Assembly: GCA_964016885.1 (NCBI GenBank)
Contig: OZ024740.1
Span: forward strand, 177,134,001-177,198,000
Length of the DNA stretch: 64,000 nucleotides
Direction of reading: 5' to 3'
From: Eledone cirrhosa
Lineage: Eukaryota
Both the position numbers and the translations under genes were made by a program. Below are positions 12,303-26,240 of this stretch, piece by piece. Under the pieces are notes generated by a model. It saw only the letters and a program-made list of their open reading frames with translations, searched no databases and was not told the DNA's origin. Positions within the stretch are counted from its first letter, which is position 1, and the number at the start of each line of letters is the position of its first letter.

Positions 12303-15300
12303 GAACAGTTGGCCCAGGCGTGGAGGCTAATTAAACGGGAGAAGTCCTGGGCAAACCTGACCATTGCGGACGGGGCAATAGCGGCCATGCAAAGGAGGAC
12401 GGTGTACTTTCGATGCATTTCGGTGCAGACACGAAAAGTGGAACTTGCCAGCCAAGCAGAGGTCGAGGCTGCTTTGGAGTAAATCGGAAGTGACATAGAG
12501 TATAAAGCGAGAGCCAAACAGTTCGGTACCATCTCGGTACTGTTCAAAACCGCGGAGCTTGCTATTAAGCACTCGGTGACCCCCTGCAGAACGGAACGCA
12601 TTATCATACAACCGTCCTACATGGGTAAAAGGACAGTAAAGGTCTGCCTTCCCAGCATCCCACCAGGAATGAACATATGGTGGCTGCTGGGATGCGTAAT
12701 TGAGGAGGGGACAGACACTACCCTCCTGGATATCAAAAGGACAGAGAGAGAAGACTGGTCCGGAATGGATTTGGAGATTCTTCTCCAAATGAAACCGGAG
12801 GACATGAACAACATCCCGGATTTTGCCCGCCTGCAGGACGGGACAACAATCCAACTAATCACTGAGGGAAGAAGGCCACACTGCTTCGTCTGCGGAGAAG
12901 CAACGCATCTACAAGCCTTCTGCCCTCAGCGCAAAATTGCAGGGCGTCGCAAACCTCCTTTGTTGCCAACGCCAGTGTCAGCACGGAAAGCTGCACCACC
13001 ACCACCAAAAACAACACCAACAAAGACACGGACACCAACATCAAAAACAGCCGGACCACCACCAGCACCGAAACCAATCCAAAGGGAAAACGAGAAAAGC
13101 TCCCCCCCCCCCCCCCCCACACCAATTATTCACATAGACAAAACAATAAACGCACACACAAACACAGAGACACTCTAAGCCACAGACCCTTTGTCTTCCA
13201 GCAGCGAAGATGAAGGAAAACCCAAAAGTGCAAAAAAACCCAGAAAACTCACCCCCCAAAAAAGCCCCAATAAAACACAAAAACAAACACAACAAAAAAT
13301 ACAGACACCAATAACGCAAATACTTCCCAAATAACATCAGCACCAACAGCAACACCGAGACCACCCCCACAATCCCCGAAAAGCAAACAACCTAAATAAA
13401 CACAAGTACAAATAAACACACAAATACAAATAAACACACAAATACCTGAAATTGCAGACACCACACCTACAACAAACACAGACATACCCGAAACAACACC
13501 ACCAAAACCATCACCACCACCACAGTCACCAAAACGAAAACAAATAAAACCAAACCAAAAAAATGTTAAAAACTTCGTACTTGTCAGAAGGGCCATCGAT
13601 AAATTGATGGCCCTCTTATCACGAAGCGCGCACATTCAAACAGAGGGGGAGATTTTTGAAATGAGCACATTTTGCGTGCCAGAAGATTTGCTTCTGGTCC
13701 GAATGTCACTCGATTCCTTCAAAGAAATTCGGGAGAGCTTTCCTCAAGACGTGGGAACCCCGAATGTGAAACCCACATCGAGACTTTTAAAGGGGTTCCC
13801 AAAATAAACCCCACCAACCATGGAGGTCGAACCACCCGACCTTCACAAGACCCCGGGAGGTAAGTAAACCTTCCCTCTCTCGGATGTGTGAGGCCTTTCG
13901 CCAAAACTTTGTTCGGTTGTTCGGGGAGAATGGCGAGTCAGAGAGAGTAGCGGATTTCAGGCCCTACCTTGACGGCTTGCCGCGCATCTCCACGGTCGAC
14001 GCTGAGCGCTGCGAAAGGCCGATTACTTCAGCCGAAATTCAGGACGCCCTTGTCGGCTGCATGAGGGGCAAGTCACCCGGTTTGGATGGCCTGCCCTACG
14101 AACTTTACGTAAATATGCCAGACTTGTTCTCCGATCTCCTCGAAGCACTATACTGCAACTGGCAACAGAATGGGAGTATTCCCAGTTCTGTGAGCAGGGG
14201 AGTGGTGACGCTGATAAGGAAAGACGAGAACAAGAGGAATACATTAGACAACTTCAGGCCAATAACTCTGCTCAACACAAAGTTTAAGATTTTGGCCAAG
14301 GTGTTAGCAAAGTGATTGGCGCTTTTCGTCGAGGATTTGGTTGGGGAGGCGCAAACTTGCGCAATCCCAGCCAGGTCCATACACGACAATCTCCACCTCA
14401 TGCGATACATTATAGAGAGGGTGGGTGTAAGCCTGGCTTCGGTGGGGCACTGAAGGAATATGAAAGGTTGACAGGAGCCAAACTTAACTCGGAATAGTCG
14501 GTGCGCTTGCAGTTCGGAACCTGCAGACGCAAGCCCATGCCGTCCAACAGCGTCGTGGGGCGCTGGACGGGCGGACCGGTAAAGTTGTTCGGAGTTTGGT
14601 TCGGACAAGACCTCCAGGTGGAAAAGAATTGGGACGTGGTAACGAGCAGAGTAGCCAGTCTCACCCAAAATGGGCTGGGAGGAAGCTATCACTGAAAGGT
14701 CGCGCGGAGATAGCGAATGCGTACATCTCGTCCGTCATCTACTACCGCCTGACTGTCGTGCCTTGCCCCCGTCCGCGCCTCATCAAGTTGGAACGGCTCC
14801 TCTTCAAATTCTTGTGGAGGGGACAAGTTCCGTTGGTGAGGCGGTCCATCTGCTGACAGCACGCTCTACGCGGAGAGCTGGGCATGCCGTGGCTAATGAT
14901 GCGCAGACATGCGCTGAGGCTGCGACATTTTCGGATATTCTGCCTAAACGGTGAACAGGTGTGGTCGCCGTTTATCAGACGGGCCTTTCCGCAGCGCGTT
15001 TCTCTGACTAAGCTGCAGTCCTGGGTCAAGAAGAGACCGAGACTGGGTGACTGGCACCTGGAATGTTTCCAGGCACTCATTGCCCTCTACCAAGCGGGCA
15101 ATGCGATCAGTGGAACTTCCACTCTCGAGTTCTATAGAGAATTAGTGGTGGGCAAGTGCGATGACGCACTCGGAGAAGCTTCGGGCCTCGACGAAGTCAA
15201 ACTGACCAGTCTGAACAGGAGGACTTTCGAGCCGAGGACGATGGACAATTTCCAGAAATCCCTCGCTTGGCAGTGCTACCGTGGGGCACTGCCAGTTCGG

Positions 15301-15770
15301 GATAAACTCTACAGGCATGGAAGTTCTGTCAGACGGACCTGCCCAAGATGCGCACAGAACGATGAAACCGTTCTGCACGCACTTGTCCAATGTCCGTGCA
15401 TTACTTACTTGTGGAGTTATGTCGAACAGCTACTGTCGCGTGTGGAACGAATCTGGCTTTCTGCCGAGTCCATAGTGAAGATTGACCCACCGCCCTCCTT
15501 AGGTCAGGAAGTGCAGGAAATTTTCCTGTCTGGTGGCAGTTGCGAAAGAAGTTAAATGGTGGACCAGGTTAAAAGGACTGAAGACAGACACTTTTCTCTT
15601 CGGCCAATCCCTCATCAACTTCTTCAAGTTTCAACTGGAAAGGAAGGTGAGGGTGGAGAGAGAAGTGCTGCCCCCCCCCCCCCCCCCGAACATTTGCTAA
15701 AAGGTAGATGAATGTGGCGAGAATGGCCCGTGTGAATGGTCCTACTCTGACCATGCGCCTTTAGGCTAGC
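12302..15770 (+). mobile_element. L1/Tx1-clade LINE, internally deleted and frameshifted
   Basis: ORF1 with CCHC knuckle CFVCGEATHLQAFC (~12880); ORF2 RT pieces KSPGLDGLPYELY, NFRPITLLNTKFKILAKVLA, LSLKGRAEIANAYI; zf-RVT CPRCAQNDETVLHALVQC; endonuclease and central RT motifs not seen. Confidence 0.9.
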
Positions 15771-15844
15771 TAACTTGAGGAGAGGGGTGCTCTCCCTGGG
15801 TGCCCTAGAAGCGCAGGGAGGTTCAAGATTCGTGGCGTACCCGA

Positions 15845-16645
15845 GCAATGCCTTCGTGGAAATTCCATGTCGGTGTTCTATAGAGAATTAGTGGTGGAGA
15901 AGAGCGGTGACATTATCGGGGAAACTTTAGTTGTAGACCAGAAGGAACTGATTAGTCTGTTCTTGTCAATGTCGCCGGGAGGCACTACTGGTTCGAGACA
16001 AACTCTTCAAGCACTGAAAAGCTGTCAGAGATGCATATCTGAGATTTGCGCACAGATAGGTGTCTCTACATTTCTGACATGAATCGTTTGTGGAACAGCT
16101 TTTGTCGCGTGTAGGACGGTTCTGGCTATCAGCCGACTTTATCGTGAAGAACAAGCCGTCGCCTTCTTTTTGTTTTGTAGGTCTAGTAATTTTGGTCTCC
16201 GGTGGCTATAGAGGAAGATGTTGTATGATGGACGACATTTATCCAAACCAGCATCGACCTTTTCAAGTCCCACTTAGAAAGGTAGGTGGGGATGGAGAGG
16301 GAAGTACTCCTCCCTAGAATATTTATTAAAAGTTAGGTCTATTTAACGAGAATGACACAAATTGAAGGGCCTATTCTAAGCGTGCTTTTGTAGGCTGGAA
16401 ATAAAAGTGGGGAGAGAAACACTTGCCTATGATGTCTTTGGTGATCAGAGTGATCATGTATCTGTGGGCTTCCATAATAACCCTTGTGAGTTGCTCCGCC
16501 CAATTAGGAAATTCTGTTGTTACAATTTTGTTACCTGTTTCACAAATTCGTTTCCTGTTTTCTTTCACTCTTTACACACTTATATTATATATATTCTCCT
16601 TGTCCCTTTTTATTCTATTTTCGGCCCCAGTGACCAATAAAAAAA
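15845..16645 (+). mobile_element. Second, older Tx1-like 3' fragment
   Basis: ttctatagagaattagtggtgg repeats 15130; EQLLSRVGRFWLSADFIVK; ends in aataaaaaaa. Confidence 0.7.
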
Positions 16646-17037
16646 TTATTGTATTTCGTGTTGTTGTTGTTATGGAGGTGGTGGTGGTTGCTGCCGCTGT
16701 TTTTTGTTCTTATTTTTGTTGTTGAGCATCGAATTATATGAGGCGTTGAGTCATATACAGTAGATAACCGGTAATAGCTTCCTCTTAGTGAAGAGACCCT
16801 TTATTTACACACACACACAAAATTATTGTCCCTTTCCATTTATCTCCCTCTCATTCTCTTTTTTCTCGTCCTTCTTTTCCCTTCATTTTTACTTTCATTT
16901 TTCTTTTTTCTTTTCTCTTTTTTTTTTGTTTGGTATTGCCTTGACATTTTTTGTTAAGTCCATTCACGTCAGCCATTTAAATACAAACCTACCTAACCAC
17001 CTAACACCCGCTATCAGTTTCCTTCAGCTAGCAGTAG

Positions 17038-17585
17038 GGCGGTCGATTGGCAGTACCGGTAGAGCGTCGGACAACATGCTACGTGACATAGAGTTATGGC
17101 CCTTTACGTTCTGAGTTCAAATCCCATTAAGGTTAACTTTGCCTTTCATCCTTACTGGGTCGATAAATAAAGCATCAGTAATGCACTGAGGTCGATTTGA
17201 TCGACTTTAAACTCCCCTTCAAATTGCTGACCTTGTGCCTAAAGTAGAAACAATTATTATTAGAGAGCGGTGGATTCGCCGTATCGGTAGAGCGTCAGAC
17301 ATGATTTATGGCATAAAGTTATGACCCTTTACGATCTGAGTTCAAATCCTGCTGAGGTTAACTTTGGCTTTTATCCTTAGGGGTCAATAAAATAAAGTAT
17401 CATTAACGCACTGGGGTCAATTTAATCGACTTCCCGCTTCCTCTAAAATGGTTGGTCTTGTGCCTAAATTTCAAATTCTGTCGATGCGTGCTTTACCATT
17501 CATCTTACGGGATCGATAAAATAGAGTAAGAGTAACGCAATAGGGTCAATTTAACCGACTTTCCCTTCGCTTTAAATTATTGCCC
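17038..17585 (+). mobile_element. Three tandem tRNA/Meta-core SINE copies
   Basis: Heads at 17038 and 17268, partial copy ~17485; shared core. Confidence 0.85.
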
Positions 17586-17589
17586 AACA

Positions 17590-19110
17590 TTTTCGACGAT
17601 CTTCCTGGACCTGGATGTAAGCAATAGTGAATGTAGTGCCTTTAGAGTGGTGGCCGTCAACGAGACGACCGGGGCCGGACGGCCAGTTATCTTCAAGCGT
17701 CTAGAAGCCTTCCTAGGAATATCTCGCGCTTTACTGTTAGCGGTTGACTGGCACAATGGACTCGTTCTAGGATTGAGTGAAAGTACCAGATAGAAGAGGG
17801 GTGTGCAGAATCCTCAAGAACCTAATAACGCAGTTCCATCTGTCTGGCAGGTGCCAACTAGAATTCTCGAATGCGCCAGTGTGGACCTAGACCAATCGCA
17901 TAGGTTCATATAGATCGTATATAGGTCGATTTTTCATTAGTTTAGCAGATAGGGATAGCATAGTGTCCACGATTTTAAGCGATCGTCCATGCAAACCACA
18001 AATGTGTGATCTGTATGGTAAAGCTTTATATTACACATAGGCCGGCACCGTTTATTGGAAGCTTAACTCGTCGTTTCCAACGCGTAAAGCCTCGAGAGAG
18101 CCGATTGGCACTTTAGTGAAGCGAAAGTTTACAGGGGCGGCTGTCATCGACATGTGGTGGAGTGCGCTCAAGATAGAGATTAGAGTAGAATCGATAAGAT
18201 CTAGTAAAGAAGAAGCGGGAGGAAAAAATCGAAAACAAGGCGCAATTAGTAGCTAAATTAGAAGAGGCGATTAGGAGTAGCATTGCAAATGACGTGCTAG
18301 CTGTGAGAATGGCATAAGACAAATTCTTCAATGCGAAACACAAAGGTTGCATTGTCAGAGCTCAGACGCGTTCTCAAAGAAAGCATTTCGATGGGCGCGA
18401 GTGACAGAGGCGCAGCATGGAAACGAAACCACAATTCGCTCTTTGATTGACCGAGCTGGACACGTGCGGGTCGATTCCAAGCAGATGTGTGCGGATTTTC
18501 GCCAAAATTTTGTACGATTGTACGGAGAGAGATAAACGTCAGAGATGGTGGCGAACTTCATTTCTTACCTCGACGGCCTGTCGCGACACTCGGCGACTGA
18601 TGAGCAGTGCTCCGAAAAGTCGATAACAGCAGCCGGTTTGTATGTCTTCCCTATGAATTTTACGAAGACATACCAGACATTTTCTCCGATCTTCTTCAAT
18701 GCGTCTACTCCAACTGGTAGCAGAACGGGAGAATTCCCGGGTCGGTCAGTCGGGACGTAGTACAACTGATGACGAAAGACATAAACAAGAGGGACCTCAT
18801 GCCCATAACTCTGCTAAACACAGAATTTAGGATTTGGGCCAAGGTGCTAGCAATGAGGTTGGTGCTTGTCGTCGATAGCCTGGTAGCGGCAGCGCAGATG
18901 TGCGCAATACCAGTTTGGCCCATACACAACAAGCGCCACCTCAAGTGATACATCATAGAGAAGGAAGGGAGTAAACTTACCTCGGGTGGGGTCCTGATCA
19001 ATTTTGATCAATAGAACGCTTTCAATAGGCTCGACCATCAATACCTGGACGCTGCCCTTCAGACAGTCGTATTCGACCGCGCTTTCAGTGGATGAATCCG
19101 GGGTCAATAC
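17590..19110 (+). mobile_element. Decayed Tx1-like LINE ORF2 (endonuclease to RT N-half)
   Basis: MCADFRQNFVRLYGE parallels MCEAFRQNFVRLFGE at 13884; cccataactctgctaaacacagaattt = PITLLNTEF; many stops. Confidence 0.8.
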
Positions 19111-19194
19111 CATCGACCACCAATTTGAACCGTTTCAGAAATGGAAAGAAATGCAGTGAGAAAACTATAGAGAGAAAGAATCAACCCTAGTACT

Positions 19195-19330
19195 AGACTG
19201 GTACTTTTTAATCGACCTCGGAAAGGTAAATTTGACCTCGGCCGGATTTGAACTCAGAGAGCTGACAGCCAGAACAAATACAGCAAAGCTTTCTATTCGA
19301 CATTCTAACGACTCTTCCAATTCGCCACCT
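19195..19330 (-). mobile_element. Diverged SINE
   Basis: ggatttgaactcag (B box, reverse complement) and core remnant. Confidence 0.65.
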
Positions 19331-19491
19331 AAATATTGTTTTTGTATATTCATTTATTTTTTTGCTACATTACATTTGTATGATTCCTTTTGTATATTAC
19401 GCATGAACGTGCTATTATGCTGTTGCTGGCTCTTCTCGATGTTGTTAATGGTAGGTGGGCTTTTAAGAAAAGAAAAGAGAGAGATAGAAAG

Positions 19492-19539
<48 letters not shown>

Positions 19540-19623
19540 TGTGTGTGTTACTTAAGAAATAGGTTGAAAGTAAAAAAAAGAAAAAAAGGGAAAATTAAAG
19601 GGAGAAAAAGAGAATAAGAAAAA

Positions 19624-19823
19624 NNNNNNNNNNNNNNNNNNNNNNNNNNNNNNNNNNNNNNNNNNNNNNNNNNNNNNNNNNNNNNNNNNNNNNNNNNNNN
19701 NNNNNNNNNNNNNNNNNNNNNNNNNNNNNNNNNNNNNNNNNNNNNNNNNNNNNNNNNNNNNNNNNNNNNNNNNNNNNNNNNNNNNNNNNNNNNNNNNNNN
19801 NNNNNNNNNNNNNNNNNNNNNNN
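19624..19823. other. Assembly gap (200 N)
   Basis: Run of N. Confidence 1.
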
Positions 19824-19954
19824 TGCGTGTGAGTGCGTTATATACTTATTTATGTGTGTATATATTTATATATATTTATATTCGTTTATATAATTATATG
19901 TATAGATGCGTGTATAGAATTGGGCCGATAGAATTTTACGTAGCAAATTTAATT

Positions 19955-19994
19955 ATCTTAAATATTTTCGGGTTTAAAAACCCATTATCAAGAG
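19955..19994 (-). ncRNA. Decayed hammerhead motif
   Basis: reverse complement: tctc-TTGATAA-tGGGTTTttAAACCC-GAA-AATATT-T-aaga; two core substitutions. Confidence 0.45.
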
Positions 19995-20091
19995 AGCATC
20001 CGTGAGTCGGTCTTCAAATTTCAGTCGGAGAAGAGTTGTTGTTTGGTCGGCAGATACACACACACACAGATAACACACACACACACACATA

Positions 20092-20224
<133 letters not shown>

Positions 20225-20267
20225 ATATGCGTGTGTGTGTATGTATGTATGTATGTATGTATGTTGT

Positions 20268-20877
20268 GTCAGGTCACCAGTTGGTGCTACTGGTAACATG
20301 TATCCCAGTACAACCTGTCTCATGGTCGAGTCGTTGGCGACTAAACTGGCAACCCCACCAAGATTTCTTGGTGAGGAGGGTGACTTTGGACATCCTGCAG
20401 GACTAAAAACAAAACCTGTCAAAGGGCAAAGGAGCTCTTAAGAGTCAATGGCCATCCAAAATCACCGGGAGAGATGACCCCTTAGCCTTTGTCAAGGCAG
20501 AATTCTAGGAGAAGGAAAACTCTGATATAACACCTGCAACCCTGATGGTATCCAATGATGTTGAAGTGTTCTTCTTTTTGGTAAATATCATCTTGGTTAA
20601 GAGAGTGGGACTGGCTTTGTGCAGTGCCTTTGCTCACTATAAAAGCTTCACGGCACAGGCATTGCTTTATATCTGGAGATCTCTCTGCACTTGTCGTCAC
20701 ATGGTACCATGGGCCCAGCACTATGTGTCAATAATTGTCACAAGTGTAGTGTTTGTACCAGAATTTTCAAGTCGCTGGCTGGACTAAAAAGTCACACTCG
20801 TTCAGCGCATCGGTAGGGGTTCTCCTACATGGATATAAAGTAGTGGCCGTACTCGAAAACGAGTTGGCAGCCACCAT
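20268..20877 (+). mobile_element. Short non-autonomous RTE-derived element (~610 bp)
   Basis: Near-identical to 35613-36219; 3' part encodes CSVCTRIFKSLAGLKSHTRSAHR* (RTE-type terminal zinc finger); (ATGT)n flanks. Confidence 0.75.
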
Positions 20878-21011
20878 GTATGTATGTAAATATATTATTT
20901 GTACAGATGAAAGATCAAGTAAAGAATTTCTGCTTTCACCCTATACAGGTTCTAATGAAACTGAGAAAAATGAATGTGTAGATGCAGAAGTACATATATA
21001 TATATTTCCGT

Positions 21012-21132
21012 AATAATAATTGTTTCTACTTTAGGCACAAGGCCAGCAATTACCCAGTGCATTACTTGTACTTTATTTTATCGAACCCGTAAGGATGAAA
21101 GGCAAAGACAACCTCGGCGGGATTTGAACTCA
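21012..21132 (-). mobile_element. 5'-truncated SINE with TSD atatttccgtaataataat
   Basis: SINE core on reverse strand; duplicated flank at ~21002 and ~21132. Confidence 0.85.
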
Positions 21133-21169
21133 TATTTCCGTAATAATAATGGTTTCTGATTTAGGTTCA

Positions 21170-22045
21170 AATTCAGCAGGTGGCCCTGGTAGTTTTCCAG
21201 CAATCCTTCTGAAAACTTGCAAGTGAACATTAGCAATACCACAGCAATCCTCTTCCACAGATCCCTTTCAATTGGTATACTACCCGGAAAACTAAAACAA
21301 GGCATAATATGTCCTATCCACAAAGGAAGAAACAGAGCAGATGTTAAAAATTATAGGCCTGACTCCTTGACATCATATATCAGTAAAGTCATGAAACAAA
21401 TCATCAGAATAAAACTGATCACTTTTCTAGAATAAAATGCTCTTCTATCTGATACCCAGCATGGCTTTCGCCCGAGTAAATGTTGTCTTACGCAGCTATT
21501 GCAGCATTATGACAGGATATTCAAATTGCTGCTAGACCGTTCGATTGTAGATGTGATATATCTCGATTTTGCGAAGGACTTCGACAAAATTTATCATGGA
21601 ATGATATGTCACTTTGGCATAGCTGGAAAACTAAGTGAATGGTTTGATGACTTCTGAAAAGACATAAGCCAGACTGTTGCAGCCAGCGGGGCCCTCTCAG
21701 TGGAAACGTCAATAACCAGCGCCGTCCCCCAGGAAACCGCCATGTGGCCACTACTGATTGTTGTGGCTCTCTCAGACATGCCATTTGTAATACGGACAGC
21801 CTCACTCACAAGCTATGTTGATGACACGAAAGTAGCACAGCCAATCAAGAAACCGGCTGATGATACTCGCTTACAACAAGATTTCGATGCCATATACGGA
21901 TCGGATGAAGAGAGGAATATGCAATTTAATGCAAGTAAGTTTCAAGACCACCGCTATTAACCCACAACAAAGATACACTGGACCAGGAGGAATCGAAATC
22001 CCCGAGTGAAAATCAATACGGGGCCTGGGTATTGTGATGAACGCT
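21170..22045 (+). mobile_element. CR1-type LINE reverse transcriptase pseudogene
   Basis: ICPIHKG..KNYRPDSLTS, QHGFR, VDVIYLDFAKDFDK, VPQET, YVDDTKV, MQFNASKFQ with stops and frameshifts. Confidence 0.85.
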
Positions 22046-22114
22046 GATGAGAGAGGGGAAGAGATTGGCATTAGTGGAGAGAGTGGATTGGAAGAGAGTG
22101 TTGTATATTGTAGA

Positions 22115-22692
22115 CTAGCTGACGTACCCAGCTCCGGCCGGGTAAACAGATGATGAGATGAGATAAGACAGAAGAGAAAATGACCGTATTGAATGTTTGT
22201 CTGGTTTACAGTATGAGGTGCGACCGTGGTATGTGTGTAACACCCCCCCCCCCCCCAACAAAAAAACAGTAAAAAATGTTCCAGCTACACCAGATTCTTT
22301 GTTTTACCGTTCGTGCACAGTATATGAAAATTTCCAGGTGTTTCCTCTCATGAACAAACGACACATGTTCATGAGTAAAAATCGATTCTCTTGTATTCAA
22401 TCCTAAAACTTTGAAACTCTGAGTCTGAGCTTTATTTATGGTCATAGCAAAATTAGCTCTAACAGGGAACTGAAGTCTTGAGAATTTGAAAGGCAGCTCG
22501 GTAGAGGAAGGGATAAGAGGAATCTCGGAAGTAAATGCATTTTCTCCTTAATTATTACCTCCAAGAATAGTGACCTCAAGGAGATGGTTTGTCTTCCGCC
22601 TGACTCTAAAGCGTGTGTCATTGCATAGACGTGGTTGGACTACGTTTCTCAAAAGGATGATGAAAGTTCCACTCTTTTATATTATATGTAGA
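22115..22692 (-). mobile_element. Internally deleted Helitron with both termini
   Basis: Minus strand begins A|TCTACATATAAT and ends hairpin...CTAG|T; helicase remnant LPFKFSRLQFPVRANFAMTINKAQ. Confidence 0.8.
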
Positions 22693-22718
22693 TATAAATA
22701 TAGATAATTACATATAGA

Positions 22719-22811
<93 letters not shown>

Positions 22812-23111
22812 AAACCAGCGTTCGAATCGGAATCGCTGGACGCGAAACACGATCATCACTCACAACGATCACGCAGAAATAATCTCTTATGGTTGATTCT
22901 CAGCCTGTTAGAAATAGCAGCCAGGCTGGTTAGCATACCCTGGATGGTTTTCTTCTTCTTTGATGTTATAAAATTAGTATCAATAAACCTTCCTGGATAT
23001 ACCCTTATTCCATTGCTCTACTTACTTTTCGATTGTCACTTTTCGTTTTTGTGTGATGCGCGAAGGAACCAACCAACAAACATCACTTTTTTATATTATA
23101 TATAACTGTAG

Positions 23112-23207
<96 letters not shown>

Positions 23208-23212
23208 GCACG

Positions 23213-23308
<96 letters not shown>

Positions 23309-23467
23309 ACTCACTCACAAATTTATATATATATATATTGTAGTAGTAGTAGTAGTAGTAGTAGTAAAAGACCGATAACAGTGTTTTAAAGCCAGTACAA
23401 GAAGCTAGAGAAATGATGACAAATGGAACAAAACAAAGCGAATTTTTGTTTTACCCAGTGTATTTTA

Positions 23468-23505
23468 GCATGATATTTCAGGGTTGATATCCTCTTTTCA
23501 GATGC
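23468..23505 (-). ncRNA. Minimal hammerhead motif (G8 mutated)
   Basis: reverse complement: gcat-CTGAAAA-gaggatatcaaccct-GAA-ATAT-C-atgc; perfect 4-bp stem I. Confidence 0.5.
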
Positions 23506-23840
23506 GATGCTGAAACAGTCCAAGACAAAACAAACGAATAATCAGAGGCGTCAAAGGAATATGGGAAATTTAAGGAATAAGAAGGCCATTTTCATCAGCC
23601 GAATAAAACTAGAGACAAACAATAGATCAGAAATGCACAAGGCAGGTTGGCTACCGTAATGAGGCCGCGCATACGTTTTCAAACTCATAGACAAGTTGCT
23701 CACGGGATCATCAGGCTAATTCTTTAACAAGCAGGTGAAACTCCAAATTAATAAAACTCACTGTTTAGCCTTAATTAAAAGAATATTTAAACTCTAATTC
23801 TATATCGAGTTCCTTTTCTCTCGTCCGTTAACTACGGATC

Positions 23841-23884
<44 letters not shown>

Positions 23885-24131
23885 GTGTGTTGTGTGCATT
23901 CGTGTGTGTGTGAGGACAAGAGTGTGTGTGCACGAGTGTATTTGTGTGTGTGTGCTATTTAACCACACAGACGTTTTCCTCTCATATATAACATGTATAC
24001 GTTATATAATTGTTATGCATTCAGGCTTGTTTTATTATTCAATCTCTTTCAAACACTATTTCTGTATGTCCTCCGTTTCTCCCTCTCTCCATCTCCCTCC
24101 TCTCTCTCTTTCTTTATGTATATATATATAT

Positions 24132-24325
24132 GTAGGAGGTGAGTTTTATTGTAGCACAATAAAGCAATGCAAATATCGGATAAGTAGCACTCAACCGTTT
24201 ATAGGACTGGAGTATAAATAATATAAAATCAAAAGATGGTTAAAAGAGTTCCATGTATTTTATTATGCGCATTTCAAAAACAAATATCATCATGGAACTC
24301 TTTTAACCATCTTTTGATTTTGTAT
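24132..24325 (-). mobile_element. Short fold-back PLE-like end with 3' part of a hammerhead
   Basis: 35-bp inverted arms 24221-24255 and 24291-24325; reverse complement (a)TGATGA..GAA-ATGCGCAT-A-ataaaa; flanked by (TA)n. Confidence 0.7.
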
Positions 24326-24339
24326 ATATATATATATAT

Positions 24340-26240
24340 CTAAAAGAAACCAAAGAACGCTTACATACTCAAACAGTCTTTATTTGCTTACAATGTTTCA
24401 TCCATACCTTTGGGTAGATATCATCAGAGCTTAATAAACACACTGCTGAGTATAAGCTCTACCAAGCTTAGTCACACGAACAATCAGAATACAATAGAGG
24501 GTAAAGATAGGGAGATCGGAGATGGCGAATAAGGAGAGAGTACATGCTGGGGTTGTTAAGCACCACAGCTCAATGCTAGGGCACAAGCAGATCTCATAAG
24601 ATGCAGATACAATTGATGGCACACAAAATCAAAAAATACAAACAATGCTTAAAACATAATTAAAAAATAATAAAAAAGTAAAAGTAAGATAATATAAAGA
24701 GATAAAAGTGAATAAAAAGGTAAAAGATTTTTTTTTTTTAATTTTAAAAGGGAAAGAAGTGAAAAAAGAAAGTAGAAAAAAGAAAAAAGAAAAAAGAAAG
24801 AGTTTTAAGCACATAAAAAAGCCAGAGAAATTTAAGCGATGGTCCCTATATAAGTGAAAAGGATCTCAGTAACTTATAGTTATATAAGCACTAATATGTT
24901 CTTAAGGTACATCCAGAAAGACCACAGTAATTAAAATCCTCGCCATTGTATACATATACAAGGTATACTGGTAGGTACTTGAATTACGTAGCCCAAGAGT
25001 GTTCCACAAGCATATAGACAGGCAACACATAAATGCAAGCCATACACAAGCGAAGTGGGGTTATTACAGGATAGAGCAGAGTATAACAAGTATATAGACA
25101 GGCACCACAAATAAAGCAAGCTATACACAAGCAAAGAGGGGCTACTATAAGATAGAGCTGCAGCAAAAGCCCCACAATATTATTTCAGTTACTGTAAAAC
25201 CAACTGGCAAAGAGTTACTACACATGTATATTAACCGTATAGGCTAGACCAATCGGCCACATATGTCCCGATTGTCTAGGGGTTATATAGAAATAGGATT
25301 GTCATTAGGCAACCAACCAGTCCAAATTATACAACATATGTAGATCGGCAAAAGTAAAAAATAGTTGGATTTATACTATCACTTAAACATAACACCACAT
25401 CTAGTAACAAGAATTACATGCTGGATATATACATAAAAAACCCCTTAGGTTTAAGATCCCATATCGTATAGCATAATGTGTTCAAGTTTCAGCTCCTGAT
25501 TTTATATAACGAAAGTCTCCACACACAATCCAGTCACGAACACGTCAAAAATAATTCCTGGTAAAAGCAGCAGCAATCCGGACAGCACGTGGGTAAACAA
25601 TCCCGTATTTATAAATCTGGCTCTAAATAACATGTTACCTCGTTCATCGCCTCTAAGGGTATATTGTGGGGCTATTGCTGCAACTCTATCTTATAGTAAC
25701 TCCGCTTTGCGTGTGTATAGCTTGCTTTATATGTGGTGCCTGTCTATATACTTGTTATACTCTGCTCTATCCTGTAATAACCCCACTTCGCTTGTGTATG
25801 GCTTGCATTTATGTGTTGCCTGTCTATATGCTTGTGGAACACTCTTGGGCTACGTAATTCAAGTACCTACCAGTATACCTTGTATATGTATACAATGGCG
25901 AGGATTTTAATTACTGTGGTCTTTCTGGATGTACCTTAAGAACATATTAGTGCTTATATAACTATAAGTTACTGAGATCCTCTTCACTTATATAGGGACC
26001 ATCGCTTAAATTTCTCTGGCTTTTTTATGTGCTTAAAACTCTTTCTTTTTTCTTTTTTCTTTTTTCTACTTTCTTTTTTCATTTCTTTTCTTTTTAAAAT
26101 TAAAAAAAAAAAATCTTTTACCTTGTTATTCTCTTTATATTATCTTCCTTTTACTTTTTTATTATTTTTTAATTGTTTTAACCATTGTTTGTATTTTTTG
26201 ATTTTGTGTGCCATCAATTTTATCTGCATCTTGTGAGATA
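24340..26240. mobile_element. Penelope-like insertion with ~580-bp inverted arms
   Basis: 24591-25180 is the reverse complement of 25661-26239; HHR in the extended left arm; possible GIY-YIG remnant (Y.IGKSK) at ~25337; (TA)n at both ends. Confidence 0.8.
24386..24430 (-). ncRNA. Type I hammerhead ribozyme motif
   Basis: reverse complement: gct-CTGATGA-tATCtacccaaaggtatgGAT-GAAAC-att-GTA-agc. Confidence 0.7.

Noticed and set aside
23583-23602. CTGATGA on the minus strand
   Set aside because: No matching stem II or GAAA downstream
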